DNA of 63,576 nucleotides, counting the filler, from Trichomonas gallinae (taxonomy: Eukaryota), in the NCBI GenBank assembly GCA_008369845.1. It is 14 parts of 14 records of this genome, joined end to end, with 100 filler letters (N's around TTAATTAATTAA, not from the genome) between each part and the next. Parts side by side here need not be neighbours in the genome. Positions count along the whole stretch, not along the records: positions 20,780 to 25,193 come from MRSU01001231.1; positions 25,294 to 31,690 come from MRSU01001232.1; positions 31,791 to 49,989 come from MRSU01001233.1; 11 more parts are not named here. One strand, 5' to 3'. The position numbers and the translations under genes are program-made. Numbering within the stretch: the stretch's first letter is position 1; every line of letters begins with the position of its first letter. Shown one piece after another: positions 21,380-32,260 of the stretch. A model generated the notes under the pieces. That model made no database searches. It was not told the DNA's origin and worked only from the letters and a program-made list of their open reading frames with translations.

Positions 21380-23134
21380 TCATACAAACATCTCTATTTT
21401 CAGTTTCTTGTTAACTTCTCCCCAGTTCTTTTGTCTGACACCTACAAGCTTCTTAGGAGATACTCCTTTGCAGACAGCTTGTTCGGTGATCTTCTTAATA
21501 TTAGGGAAGCCACTGCCAGACAATCCTCTCTGTTCTACGAAGTTATAAGCCCCGAAGAACCTTTGTATCAGAGTCTTTTCCGTTATGACGGGAAATTCGA
21601 TAATGAAAGCAACATCAACTTGCGAGTACCACGGACCTTCAGCGTATCCACCAATAGCTTCCCAAATCTTTCTATGGCAGCCCTGCAGAACACCATGATT
21701 CTCTTTATTATGGCTGACTTCCTTCCACGGATTCGTCCACGAATAAATCTGCTGCGTTCCTCCCTGTGGCAAAAATTTTGTAACTGCCTGATCATAAGGG
21801 AATGAAATCGGATGGATTTCAGTCCTGATCAAGCTGATTGTGTTAAATTCTCTTCTTCTCGCTGCATCTAGAAGTGATATAGGAACAAGAACATCACTGT
21901 TTGCAGCGACAATGAATTGCCCGGAAGCTCTCCTGATTCCAACATTGCGCATCAAAAATTCCGGATTTGTTTCTTCACTTTTACTTTGATCAAATGGGAC
22001 AATGACGACTTTCACATGCGGCTTAATGTGCTGGCCAGGATAAATGACACCGATACCTCTTGAATGTGTCAACAAAACAACAATAACTTCAAGCGGTGTC
22101 GATGGATATCGTTTTAGATAAGCGTCGAGCCAGCCAAGTTGTTTATTCATGTTATCTGTTGTGACATCGAGTTCGTTCGCCACGAAAACAAGTGAAAGAT
22201 ATACTTCATCTGTTGCAGTAAATTGGTTGGTAGCGAAATCAACGCCATCTTCAATGTCTGGATCGATTTTTCCTAAAACTTTGTTCCCGTTAAGTTGAAT
22301 ATCGCATTTCGGATACTTAGCTGCGATTGTTTCAAATAATTTCTCTGTGCTGGATCTGGCTGGAATCATTACAGCTCTTGGATAGTCATCTGTTTCGCCA
22401 GTTATGTAAGGTAAAAATTTTTCAGCAAGATAATTTGCTGCTGATTTAGAACCAACTAATAATTCATTGGCGTAATTAACAGATGGATTTTCATTCAATT
22501 CACATCGTGAAATAATGACATTTAATAAATCATTATGAAAACTTAAATATTGGGGTCCAATAATTTTCGGTGAATCTATGATAATTGTCTCTGGTATACT
22601 AAATTCTTTCGAAAATGTATATGTAGGAATCTTGAGTCGACGAACAAAAGCCAATAAATAAGAAGGATCTTCGAGATGCTCTAAACATATAAAAATCAGG
22701 TTGTATTCGACTGATCTAAGCACATCATATGTAATCATCTGATTTAAATCGAGTTGTGTTCTTCCTTTAATTTCTACATACGGAATTTGTCTTTGTTTTA
22801 GTTCAGAAACGAGTGAAATGCCTATAGGTGTCATAGAACCGATGACTAATACATGTTTTTTGGTTGCAATTGATGGTGGAATATTAAGAATACATGATAA
22901 TCGCGTATTATCTTCTCTATCCACACAAAATGACGTATAATTCATCTTTCTTGTATATCTGGCATCTAAACATTCGGCGAAAAATGGTTCTGAAATTGTT
23001 TGATTTAATATTGTCATATAAATATAAGGAGCAGACGAAACAAGCATGGTAATTATAATCAAATTCGCTATGACTTTCTTTTTCTGTGATAATTTCGAAA
23101 ATGCTTTAGAACAAGAAGAACATCCAAAACACAT
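21380..23134 (-). CDS. Type II membrane protein: degenerate SDR-like domain plus GT-A (GT2-like) glycosyltransferase domain
   Basis: N-terminal TM; KHVLVIGSMTPIGISLVSEL...RTQLDL (RmlD/epimerase-like start); NPEFLMRNVGIRRASGQFIVAANSDVLVP; LQGCHRKIWEAIGGYAE. Confidence 0.8.
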   Translation of the reverse strand: MCFGCSSCSKAFSKLSQKKKVIANLIIITMLVSSAPYIYMTILNQTISEPFFAECLDARYTRKMNYTSFCVDREDNTRLSCILNIPPSIATKKHVLVIGSMTPIGISLVSELKQRQIPYVEIKGRTQLDLNQMITYDVLRSVEYNLIFICLEHLEDPSYLLAFVRRLKIPTYTFSKEFSIPETIIIDSPKIIGPQYLSFHNDLLNVIISRCELNENPSVNYANELLVGSKSAANYLAEKFLPYITGETDDYPRAVMIPARSSTEKLFETIAAKYPKCDIQLNGNKVLGKIDPDIEDGVDFATNQFTATDEVYLSLVFVANELDVTTDNMNKQLGWLDAYLKRYPSTPLEVIVVLLTHSRGIGVIYPGQHIKPHVKVVIVPFDQSKSEETNPEFLMRNVGIRRASGQFIVAANSDVLVPISLLDAARRREFNTISLIRTEIHPISFPYDQAVTKFLPQGGTQQIYSWTNPWKEVSHNKENHGVLQGCHRKIWEAIGGYAEGPWYSQVDVAFIIEFPVITEKTLIQRFFGAYNFVEQRGLSGSGFPNIKKITEQAVCKGVSPKKLVGVRQKNWGEVNKKLKIEMFV

Positions 23135-23326
23135 TATAATAAAATGAAATTATCAAGCCAATCATTTTGCAATTCTACTATATTTAGACAATATATAGCA
23201 ATTATTCAAATGAAACCATATATTACCGTTAATGATAAAATTGTTGATTAAATATTAAATATCATAAATTTCTTGCATTTAAAAATTATATAAATACTAA
23301 TATTATCAATTAATATTATTTCAAAA

Positions 23327-23682
23327 CTATATGTTTCCATTGAAGAAAAAATTATTGAAAAATAATTTGATTTTAAATCAAGTTTTTGTATATGAAAATG
23401 CAATATATAATGGAATAAATAATAAAACTAACCCAAAAATTAAATGTTTACATAGATGAAAAAAATCAAGAAAAATAAATTAAATATAAAACAAACATTT
23501 ATACTTGAAAATGAAATTTATTATGGAATAAATAATAAAGCTAATCCAAAAGTTATATGTTATCGTAGAAGAAAAAAAAAATTGAAAAATAAATTGGGTT
23601 TTTAACAAATCTATATACTTGGAAATGCAATTCATAATGAAATAAATAATAAATCTAATATCAAAATTATATGTTTTCATTG
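23327..23682. repeat. Degenerate AT-rich tandem repeat, ~113-bp period, ~3 units
   Basis: aaatg.aat..at.atg.aataaataataaa.ctaa...aaa.tta.atgtt recurs at about 23396, 23509 and 23623. Confidence 0.75.
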
Positions 23683-23793
23683 TTAATTTTTATGATGAAA
23701 AATATTTATATGAATTATAGGGTCTTAATGCGGAGGATATTAATATTTCGAAATATAAAATATATTTTAAGAGCTAAAAATTCATAATTATTA

Positions 23794-25193
23794 ATGTGGA
23801 GTACAGATCTTTCTCAGATTTATTCAGAAAAACAGAATTTTTCGATATTTGTTACGCATATTCCGAAAGAATTACCGCCAAATAGTCTAATTCAGTGGAT
23901 AAAAGATAGCGTTGCCCGTAGATATGATACACAAAATATTGAGATTTCGAATAAAATCTATTTAGGAGATGGAATAACATTCACAGTTAATAATAAGAAC
24001 GATTTCGAACAGATTTTAACATTAAATGGAAATACAATTCACGAAAATCATATTTGGATTCTAGGATTACCAGGAAATTTAGTTTTACTAAGCAAAACAT
24101 TCGAATCACTATTCAAAATGTATAATAACGACAATATACTTGATTTTAGCGATCTTTCATCAAAATTTATATCAATTGGAGCAAATCCTGAAAATATAGA
24201 CTTTTCAAATAGATGGTTTATCGAATATATGTTCTATAGAATTGCTTTTGAAGCAGAAAAACAAAAGAAATCGATAAATATTTTAAATTTAAGCTCGAAT
24301 TTCATCCAAACTGTTAAATATTGGGAATATTTTTATAAATTTTTGCCAGACTTATCAACAGTTATATTAAGCTGTAATAATTTAGCTGAGCCACCAAATG
24401 ATTCAGGATTGAATATTAATTTTATATTAGATGATATAGGCTCTGATTCTGTTTATAATGTTAACCCAGATAAAAAGACAGAAACACAAAAGTCAAGAAG
24501 ACTTGATTCCAATAAATGGGATAATAGCAAAGAAAAAATAAAAGTTGACGATGAATGGTCGTCAAACCCAAATAAAATGCAGACAGATACATGGGGTGAC
24601 AACAATGATGATGCATGGGGCGATTCTAAGAAGAAAAATAAACAGCAGACGACTTTCAACTCAAATTCTTATGCATGGCCAGGATTCAACACATACTACC
24701 AGAACCAGAGCGGATGGGATCAAAACCAAGGAGGATGGAACCAGAATCAGAATCAATCATGGGGCCAGCCTACGAATCAAGGTGGATGGAACTCCAATCC
24801 AAACCAGCAACAAAATCAAGGAGGCTGGAATCAGCCGCAGAATCAAGGCAACTGGGGCCCACAACAGAATCAAGGCAACTGGGGCCCACAACAGAATCAA
24901 GGAAACTGGAATCAAAGTCAGAATCAGAATCAAGACAACATGAAACCACCCAAGAACAAGAAAGGTAAGAATAAACAACAGAATCAAAACCAGGGCAATT
25001 GGGGCCAACCACAAAATCAGAATCAAGGAGGCTGGGGTCAACCACAAAATCAGAATCAAGGAGGCTGGGGTCAATCACAGAATCAGAACCAGGGAGGCTG
25101 GGGTCAATCACAGAATCAGAACCAGGGAGGCTGGGGCCAACCACAACAGAACCAAGCAGGCTGGGCTCAATCACAGAATCAGAATCAGGGCAA
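23794..25193 (+). CDS. NXF1/Mex67-like RRM-LRR protein with Q/N/G-rich GW/WG repeat tail (3' end in gap)
   Basis: RRM-like SIFVTHIP...ITFTVNNKNDFEQILTLNGNTIHENHIWI; YNNDNILDFSDL...INILNLSSNFI...LPDLSTVILSCNNL; then NQGGWGQ/NQGNWGP repeats with 27-33-bp DNA units. Confidence 0.75.
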
Positions 25194-25294
25194 NNNNNNN
25201 NNNNNNNNNNNNNNNNNNNNNNNNNNNNNNNNNNNNNTTAATTAATTAANNNNNNNNNNNNNNNNNNNNNNNNNNNNNNNNNNNNNNNNNNNNC

Positions 25295-25441
25295 TTTACT
25301 TCCAACACTTCCAAGAGATATATTTTGTCTTGGGAAAAAATTCGCATTTTGGCTCTTTTGGGAATCATTAATTCTATCATTCTTGTAAGCATATATTTTG
25401 TTTTGTTACAAAAAAAAATTCATAAAATTCAACAAAATTAA
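25295..25441 (+). CDS. Possible 3' end of a membrane protein (partial)
   Basis: Open from the gap: FTSNTSKRYILSWEKIRILALLGIINSIILVSIYFVLLQKKIHKIQQN*, i.e. a TM followed by a basic tail. Confidence 0.4.
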   Translation, partial: FTSNTSKRYILSWEKIRILALLGIINSIILVSIYFVLLQKKIHKIQQN

Positions 25442-25472
25442 TTTTGTTAAAAAAAAATGTTGTTGTTTTAAT

Positions 25473-26246
25473 TTAGGATAGAAAGAATCGTTTATAATGT
25501 AGCCATAAGAAGGCTGATTTTGTATTAATATCAGTTCTGAGATGATGATCTGTAGGATAAATTAGGGATTGCACGAATATGATGACTGTGAGTAATAAGT
25601 TAACAAGTGAGGAAAATAATACACTGATATCATTAATTTCCCTCATTGTTGTTAAAACTCTTCCAAATGATCCGAGTGCTCTAAGAAAAGCAGATGTTTG
25701 AGAAAAATTACCACGCCTTTTTGACTTGAAAGTGAGGATGATCTGTGGGAATTTGTTAAGGATTGAAAGTGGAACACAAATATACCAAAGAATAATGATG
25801 AGAGTTGAAGGAATTAGGTTTCTTATGGTGCCAAATATAAGAACGCAATGAGCAATTATGATGATATTCCATAAAACCAAATTCATTTTGTTTTCTAGGC
25901 GTGAAACAAAGAAACCAATGATAATGTTTTGAATGAAAACAATGAGAGTCTCAGCATAAGTAGTCCAAGCGTAGTTATTCGAATAATGGTAAGAAAATGA
26001 GAAAACATTAACAGGAATTTCCATGAGTATCGATATCAAACTGATTCCATCCGCTCTCATATGGTAAATGATCTTCATGATTTGTGGTATTTTGATCAGG
26101 GAAGAAAAAATAATAAGACCAATCCCAATTAGCTTAGATAACAGTAGAGAAAAACATCTGAAGTGGTTGCTCTCCTTGAAAATATGTTGTAAAGTGCAGC
26201 AGTTTTGGCCAAGAAGCGCAGCACAATTTTCATATATAAAGTTCAT
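25473..26246 (-). CDS. PQ-loop protein, MPDU1/Lec35-like
   Basis: SKLIGIGLIIFSSLIKIPQI...GISL...YAETLIVFIQN and a second loop KFPQI...G.FS...GSFGRVLTT. Confidence 0.85.
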   Translation of the reverse strand: MNFIYENCAALLGQNCCTLQHIFKESNHFRCFSLLLSKLIGIGLIIFSSLIKIPQIMKIIYHMRADGISLISILMEIPVNVFSFSYHYSNNYAWTTYAETLIVFIQNIIIGFFVSRLENKMNLVLWNIIIIAHCVLIFGTIRNLIPSTLIIILWYICVPLSILNKFPQIILTFKSKRRGNFSQTSAFLRALGSFGRVLTTMREINDISVLFSSLVNLLLTVIIFVQSLIYPTDHHLRTDINTKSAFLWLHYKRFFLS

Positions 26247-26412
26247 CAACCATCAACAGTGAATCTGAAATCAGTTCTTTAAATAGAAGCAATCAAAGAT
26301 GTTAAAACGATTAATCATAAAAATATTTCTTACATTTTTGATAAAATTATAAAAAAAGTTAATAATTAAACATTCGTCTGGAATTCTCAGATAAATAAAA
26401 TCTTTACTGATT

Positions 26413-27156
26413 TTATTCCTCAGCAGGACGATCAGCTGGAGCGAGAGAAAGCTGAGCTGCATCCTTAGCAATATTGAGCTTCTTGACCTGTTCAGCGGAA
26501 AGAGCTGGTGCCTTGATAACCTTGCACTTTGTAATGAAAACGCCTTCAACTTGGCAGATGTTCTTGCAGCCTTCGACGATCTGGGACTCGATCTTTTCCT
26601 CAACGAAGTCCTTGCAAAGCTGATCAACACCATTAGCCTCGCAAGCATCTGTCATGCACTTGATCATAACATCACGGACCTGGCGGCACTTATGGGAGTT
26701 AGCATATGTATGGTTCTTGTGAGAGTTGGCGAGCTTCTTTGTGAAGCCGACAGCGAAGAGGCGGAGAATGAAGCCATCTGGTGTCTTAGCATCGACGGAA
26801 GCATCGATAAGTGTACGGTACTTTCTCATGATGGAATCGAGCTTGTCGTGTGTAAGGCGCATGCCAGCGAACTGTGTGTAAACGTCAGCGCCAGCAGCGA
26901 TTGATCTGAAGTTGAAGAGGCGGTAAGCGTGGGATGTATCGCCTGTCAATGAGCAGTGGGAAAGTTCCCAAACGCGATTGTTGACGTAATCCATTGGGAC
27001 CTTGCCACGAGCGCATTTGTTGGAAACTGTAACGCCAACATCACGCTTGCCTGTGAAGTAGGATGGAACCATGACGTGGCGCCATTCCTTCTTGATGAAA
27101 GAATCTTGCTTAACTTTCTTTGATGTCTTAGCACGTTGCTGCTTAGAAGCACCCAT
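26413..27156 (-). CDS. RPS3A: 40S ribosomal protein S3a (eS1)
   Basis: DSFIKKEW...VGVTVSNK...RVWELS...TQFAGMRLTHDKLDSIMRKYRTLIDASVDAKTPDGFILRLF..GFTKK; codon bias of a highly expressed gene. Confidence 0.97.
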   Translation of the reverse strand: MGASKQQRAKTSKKVKQDSFIKKEWRHVMVPSYFTGKRDVGVTVSNKCARGKVPMDYVNNRVWELSHCSLTGDTSHAYRLFNFRSIAAGADVYTQFAGMRLTHDKLDSIMRKYRTLIDASVDAKTPDGFILRLFAVGFTKKLANSHKNHTYANSHKCRQVRDVMIKCMTDACEANGVDQLCKDFVEEKIESQIVEGCKNICQVEGVFITKCKVIKAPALSAEQVKKLNIAKDAAQLSLAPADRPAEE

Positions 27157-27163
27157 TATACAA

Positions 27164-27183
27164 AAAGGCTTGGCAAAACCGCC
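27164..27183 (-). promoter_or_regulatory. Trichomonad M3 (GGCGGTT) plus M5 (CCTTT) core promoter of RPS3A
   Basis: Minus strand reads gaGGCGGTTttgccaagCCTTTttgtataATG. This M3+M5 pairing is the known Inr-independent promoter type of T. vaginalis ribosomal protein genes. Confidence 0.8.
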
Positions 27184-28033
27184 TCGTGGCCTAATATTCT
27201 GAGCTTTTGTAAAGTTGTCACGTTTTTAAAATTAAATCACTTCCAAAACTTCGCCAATCATCATATTTTCATATAAAATCCTTATATTTTCATTTTTGTG
27301 GTTTTATCATCAAATTTCTCAATTCAATTTTTTATTTATTTTATTTAGAACCTATGTATTATTACCATTCAACTACATGCATTCATATTTAGACTATTTA
27401 TCTGTTTATTTTCCTTATTCCACTTATTAATCACTAATAATCATATTTTATCACATGAAAATAATGATATTTTACAAGAATCGCAGTAGAAATTTATAAA
27501 AGTCATGAATTCAAATCGAATTGTATCGTATATACAGCATCATCTAATTCCTCAATTAGAATTTGAAATATTTTTCATATTTATCAAGATCTAGCAAAAT
27601 TGATATAGCAAACATATAGACTTAATCAACCATTATATTATGAAAGATATAAATCCGTTTGATTTCTTATGCAATATGATGTAATCAATGATATCACAAA
27701 TCATATATAAAAAAGTGAACAAAAACGATTGTGAATGTATCTATATCGTAATTAGTGTACATCTTCTAATGTAATGATTGATATTACGATATTTTTCATT
27801 ATGAAATATGATAGAATGAAATGTGAACATATTTGAAGCTAGAATGTGAAATGAAGTAGGTATAGATTCCATAGGTAAGCAATTTTATACATAATAAAAG
27901 AATAAAAACAACAAAATTTTTTTTTTTTTTTTTTTTTTTGATGTGAAACTATTATACATAAGCCATTACATCATCCATGGTATGATAAATACATATAAGT
28001 GTGTGAAAATCAGAAATTTCTATATACTAAAAA

Positions 28034-28513
28034 TTAATGTTTGAATCGAGGCCTTTGATCGAGATTATCGTAGTGTATTTTTGATGGTTGTGCTGGAACA
28101 GGTTGTGGCCCTTCGCGAACTGGTCTTGAATTCTTACGATTTAAAGTATCGGAATCAAAAGAAGATGATTTTGACAAAGGTTTTATTTGCTTTGTATTTT
28201 TAAGCTCAATTTTGCTTTGATTTAACTGACGCTTTGCGTTGATTGTTGTAAGTTTAACAGGTCCAGAAACTGCTTGAGGTGGAGGAGAATGCGACTGAGG
28301 AGGTTTGCTCTGGAGTCTAACATATTCTTCCTGGAGCTTATTAATCTCTTCGGTTGATTTCTGCCTAAACTCGTCAATCACAAGTTTTTGAGTTTCGTAT
28401 AACATGTTTTTCTCCTCGTCAGATAATTTTTTGAACTTTTCCGGTGGAGCAATTTCAGTCAGACCGTGTTTCTTGAGGATATCCGTCAGTAACTGACTCA
28501 GAGACTCCGCCAT
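28034..28513 (-). CDS. Hypothetical protein (159 aa)
   Basis: ATG-initiated ORF, GC-richer than its flanks; short coiled coil then a P/S-rich tail; Inr-like TCACA upstream. Confidence 0.75.
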   Translation of the reverse strand: MAESLSQLLTDILKKHGLTEIAPPEKFKKLSDEEKNMLYETQKLVIDEFRQKSTEEINKLQEEYVRLQSKPPQSHSPPPQAVSGPVKLTTINAKRQLNQSKIELKNTKQIKPLSKSSSFDSDTLNRKNSRPVREGPQPVPAQPSKIHYDNLDQRPRFKH

Positions 28514-29260
28514 CTTCTAGAAGAATATTTTGTGAGCGAAAATAATTCTTTGAATTTGTTTACATTCCGAATTATTTCTTATACATAGACAATCATTTTT
28601 ATCGACTTAAAAATCAAAAATAAAATTTTGTTTTTTCATTATGAAATAACATTCTATTACAATAATATATCAAAATTCATTAAAAATTATCCCCCAAATC
28701 TCTTTACAAAAATCGAAAAAACAAAAAATCACTAATAAAATTGTGGATTTTTCGCTCGCTAATAACTCAAAATCATGAATAAATAAAAAACATTAATTGA
28801 GAATCGAAATCCTTATATAAATATATGCATAACTCTGCAATAAAAAACTTTTTTTAGTCAATATCACCAAATTATTCACTTGATTTTTAACCATCACAGG
28901 ATGAATATAGCACGTTTGACACAGTGCTCTATTCCATTCATTCGTTCATTCGATAAATCATATAATTCAAGTTATCGTTGATCAAAATCAGTGTATTATC
29001 TAAATTGGTTCATAGAATCAAATCACAATCAATCTAGTTTATTTAATGCATCGAGGTAATAGTATTGATTTCAATCGCAAAAAAATATTGGCTATTGAAT
29101 AATTCCAAAAACATCTTAGTATCGAAAGATTCAATCATATTCATAATATGTTGACTCTTATTTATCTAAATCCATACATGTCATAGTTATTTTTAAAGTT
29201 TTTTCTTATTTATATAAATAACGTAAAGTATATCTTTGTCACTTTTTGAACGTTGACAGA

Positions 29261-30235
29261 ATGGATCTTTCCAAATATGTGACTCAAGTACAGAAAGGCG
29301 ATGATGAACAAGTTAACCAGGAAGATGTACAAGACACACATGTTCGCGGTAAACACACTCTTGACCCCAAAGTCGTTCAAAAACTCGAAATGGAAATCCT
29401 AAAATCGATGGCAAGTGGAAAAAATCTCGACTCTCCGTTCGGAGGTGCTTTACCAGATGCATCTATCACAACTGCAACAACTTCTATTGTCGCTACGTCA
29501 ATATTTAATAGTTCAACAGCTTTTACAATGGAATCATTTACTGAAAAAACGTTATCATCGTTAGCTCCTCCTGAGACTATTATGGGAGAGTCCGATTTAT
29601 CACCACAAGAGGAAGCTCCTCAAGGAAAATCATGTTGTATGTCTCCAGTAAAAAGACAAGATCAAAGCAAACAAGCAATAGCACCAGATGGATCTCTTCT
29701 ACCCGCTCAATCCTCAGAAGACAGAGGAAAAATCTGCCTTGTTTTAGATCTTGATGAAACTTTAGTACATAGCTCTTTCTTGGCAATTCCTCATGCCGAT
29801 TACAGATTTAATATAGGTGTAGAACAGAACCCTGTCGGCGTTTTTGTGTGCGTTCGACCAGGTGCAGAAAAATTCTTACGTGAATTAGGATCTCTTTATG
29901 AGATTGTGATATTTACAGCTTCTTGCCAAGTGTATGCTGACCCAGTTATAGATTTTATTGACAAAGGTCGTGTTGTCAAATATAGATTATATCGTGAAGC
30001 ATGCACAGATTTTAACGGAAGCTTCGTCAAAGACCTTAGTCGTTTGAACAGACCTCTTGAGAAAATCATTATTATTGATAACTCAAGTGTAGCATATCTT
30101 CTTCAGCCATATAATGCCATTCCAATTAGTTCTTGGTTTGATGATCCTACGGATAATGAATTGTTTATTATTCTTGAAAAACTCAAGCATCATCATAGAG
30201 CAAAGAATATTAATTCGATCTTGTATCCTGAATAA
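29261..30235 (+). CDS. CTD small phosphatase (SCP/NIF, HAD family)
   Basis: KICLVLDLDETLVHSSF, VRPG, YEIVIFTAS..YADPVID, RLYREAC...VKDLSRL, IIIDNS, ISSWFDDPTDNEL. GTCACTTT upstream. Confidence 0.95.
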   Translation: MDLSKYVTQVQKGDDEQVNQEDVQDTHVRGKHTLDPKVVQKLEMEILKSMASGKNLDSPFGGALPDASITTATTSIVATSIFNSSTAFTMESFTEKTLSSLAPPETIMGESDLSPQEEAPQGKSCCMSPVKRQDQSKQAIAPDGSLLPAQSSEDRGKICLVLDLDETLVHSSFLAIPHADYRFNIGVEQNPVGVFVCVRPGAEKFLRELGSLYEIVIFTASCQVYADPVIDFIDKGRVVKYRLYREACTDFNGSFVKDLSRLNRPLEKIIIIDNSSVAYLLQPYNAIPISSWFDDPTDNELFIILEKLKHHHRAKNINSILYPE

Positions 30236-31610
30236 AGTGTTATGTTGTTTTCTTGCCTTAAATTAGCCATTTATTTCATAGCGATCAAAGTTCTTTTTTC
30301 TTAAAACAAAAATATATTTTTAATTTTGAAAATTTTCTTATAAGCTTGAATAACACGATCTGTGATTTAGTTTTAATGAATATATAATAGTTTTTATATT
30401 TTTATTTTAAAATAAGAGAATTATTTTTACGTGCAAAAATATATAAGATATAATCACAATTTAATACCAAAATCATTTATTTGATGAGTAATACTTGATA
30501 AATTTGTATTCCAAATTGATGGAGAAAGAAAAAATTATGCGATCAAAAATAAACATATCGAGTTCGTGCTAGATCGTTTTAAGTTCATGATTCAAAATCT
30601 CTAGATATAAATAATTCCATGCATTTTGTTCGATTAGTCCACATTTTCCTTCGAACACGTATGAACAATTGGAGAAATCAAATATAATCAATGTAGAAAT
30701 ATAGGGTAGGAGGAGTGTTATTAAAGTAAATCCAAAAAGCTATATATTATCATTGAAAATTATTGCAATTTGGAATATCTCATTGACCAAGTATATTTGA
30801 GAAATTAACTATTTTCAATATCATCAGGAAACGAAGACACCAAGCTTTTTATGATAGAAATTGCCATTGTCAACGATGCAAATCAGGAGAATATAATTTC
30901 GACATTTCAACTATGCAAAATAACGAAAGCAGAGACGACTGTTGACAAAAATATTGAAGAGTTTTGACATTTTAGGCTTCAATTGTTCAATTTAATTTTC
31001 TCATATTAGTTTTAGACGATTTTCTATTGGGAATAATGCTACTTGTTGATAGGTTCGATTGTTTTTGATTCCTTTTTGATATATAAAAATAAGTTTAAAA
31101 TATTGCTGATATCGTAATATTCTTTAAAAATTAGATGACAAATGTTGTAGAGAGCATAGAAAGGAGTCTATGTTTAACAGTATTGAAACCAGTCGACTCA
31201 GAGATTTTTCCAATAATAGTCAATCATTTGGATTTTGATATGATAATTCATCATAATCATATCAGCGAACATTTCAACGCTTGACGAGCTCCGACACTCA
31301 AGCCAATCAAGCGCAAAAATGCTGAAATGATGAATTGACTATATTTGAGAGCATTAAACGATAATAAACGATGAGTTTTGTGAAGATTATTGTTCTAAAC
31401 AGATACCGAAGATAATTTAAACAAGATATTTTTGAGAGGTAATCAAAAAGTGGGCAAAGTGGCCACTTTTTACGGTTTTTTCATCACAATTTTTTAAGTG
31501 TTTAACTCACTTCTATATTCCAAACAGCGTATTATGGTCTAAAGAGTCTAGATTTAAGATTTGGCATCGACCAATCTTTTTTCAGAAATATTTGACTTCA
31601 CTTTAAAATA

Positions 31611-31690
31611 ATGGCTCAAGCTTTCAACAAGAGCAAGAAGGTTCAGGCATTCGTCGACGAATTCGTCGCCCTCTGCAAGCCAAAGGATGT
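31611..31690 (+). CDS. 5' fragment of a probable GTP-dependent PEP carboxykinase (rest in gap)
   Basis: Inr TCACT, then MAQAFNKSKKVQAFVDEFVALCKPKD, matching the PEPCK-GTP N-terminal V.E...LC.P pattern; codons of a highly expressed gene. Confidence 0.7.
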
Positions 31691-31986
31691 NNNNNNNNNN
31701 NNNNNNNNNNNNNNNNNNNNNNNNNNNNNNNNNNTTAATTAATTAANNNNNNNNNNNNNNNNNNNNNNNNNNNNNNNNNNNNNNNNNNNNATTCTTAAAA
31801 CGCACGTTTTTTGTTCTCCAGAAAAGTGATTTGTAAACCTCACGATTGTAATTTTGATAGCACTATATATGTAAAACTAACTTCAAGTTCTATCGTCCTT
31901 TACTGAACACATTTTCATCCAGAATGTCACTTTCCTATCTTCTTCTTACATCAAAATTTACGAATCAAAAATATCCGAAATGATCT

Positions 31987-32215
31987 AATGATTACTTCTA
32001 ACATCATACTTTACGTGTCATAAAAAACGATTTCAGTAATTTATATGTCAAAAAATCGAATGTAGTCAATGATGTATTCCTACATCATAGTTTACATGTC
32101 ATAAAATAATTTCAGTGATTTACTTGTCAAAGAATTTTCTGAGTTATGTCAATGATGTTTCCTTACATCATAATTTACACGACAGAAAAACAATTTCAAT
32201 AATCTACATGTCAAA
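31987..32215. repeat. Three degenerate ~82-bp tandem units upstream of the WD40 gene
   Basis: aatgat(g)t....t.acatcata.tttac.yg.ca.aaaa..atttca.t.at.ta..tgtcaaa starts at 31987, 32068 and 32151. Confidence 0.85.
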
Positions 32216-32260
32216 TGTAAATAAAAATCTGGATTTTTCGGATTCGTATATTTTTTATTC

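Noticed and set aside
24700..25193. 27-33-bp tandem units resembling a CRISPR array
   Set aside because: Codon-phased coding repeats without unique spacers; eukaryotic context and no cas genes.
24453..25241. Overlapping repetitive ORFs in other frames (ESESRRL, LILILW, DSDSV)
   Set aside because: Shadow frames of the GW/QN repeat-coding DNA.
26271..27152. Alternative-frame and antisense ORFs over RPS3A
   Set aside because: By-product of strong codon bias; no independent motifs.
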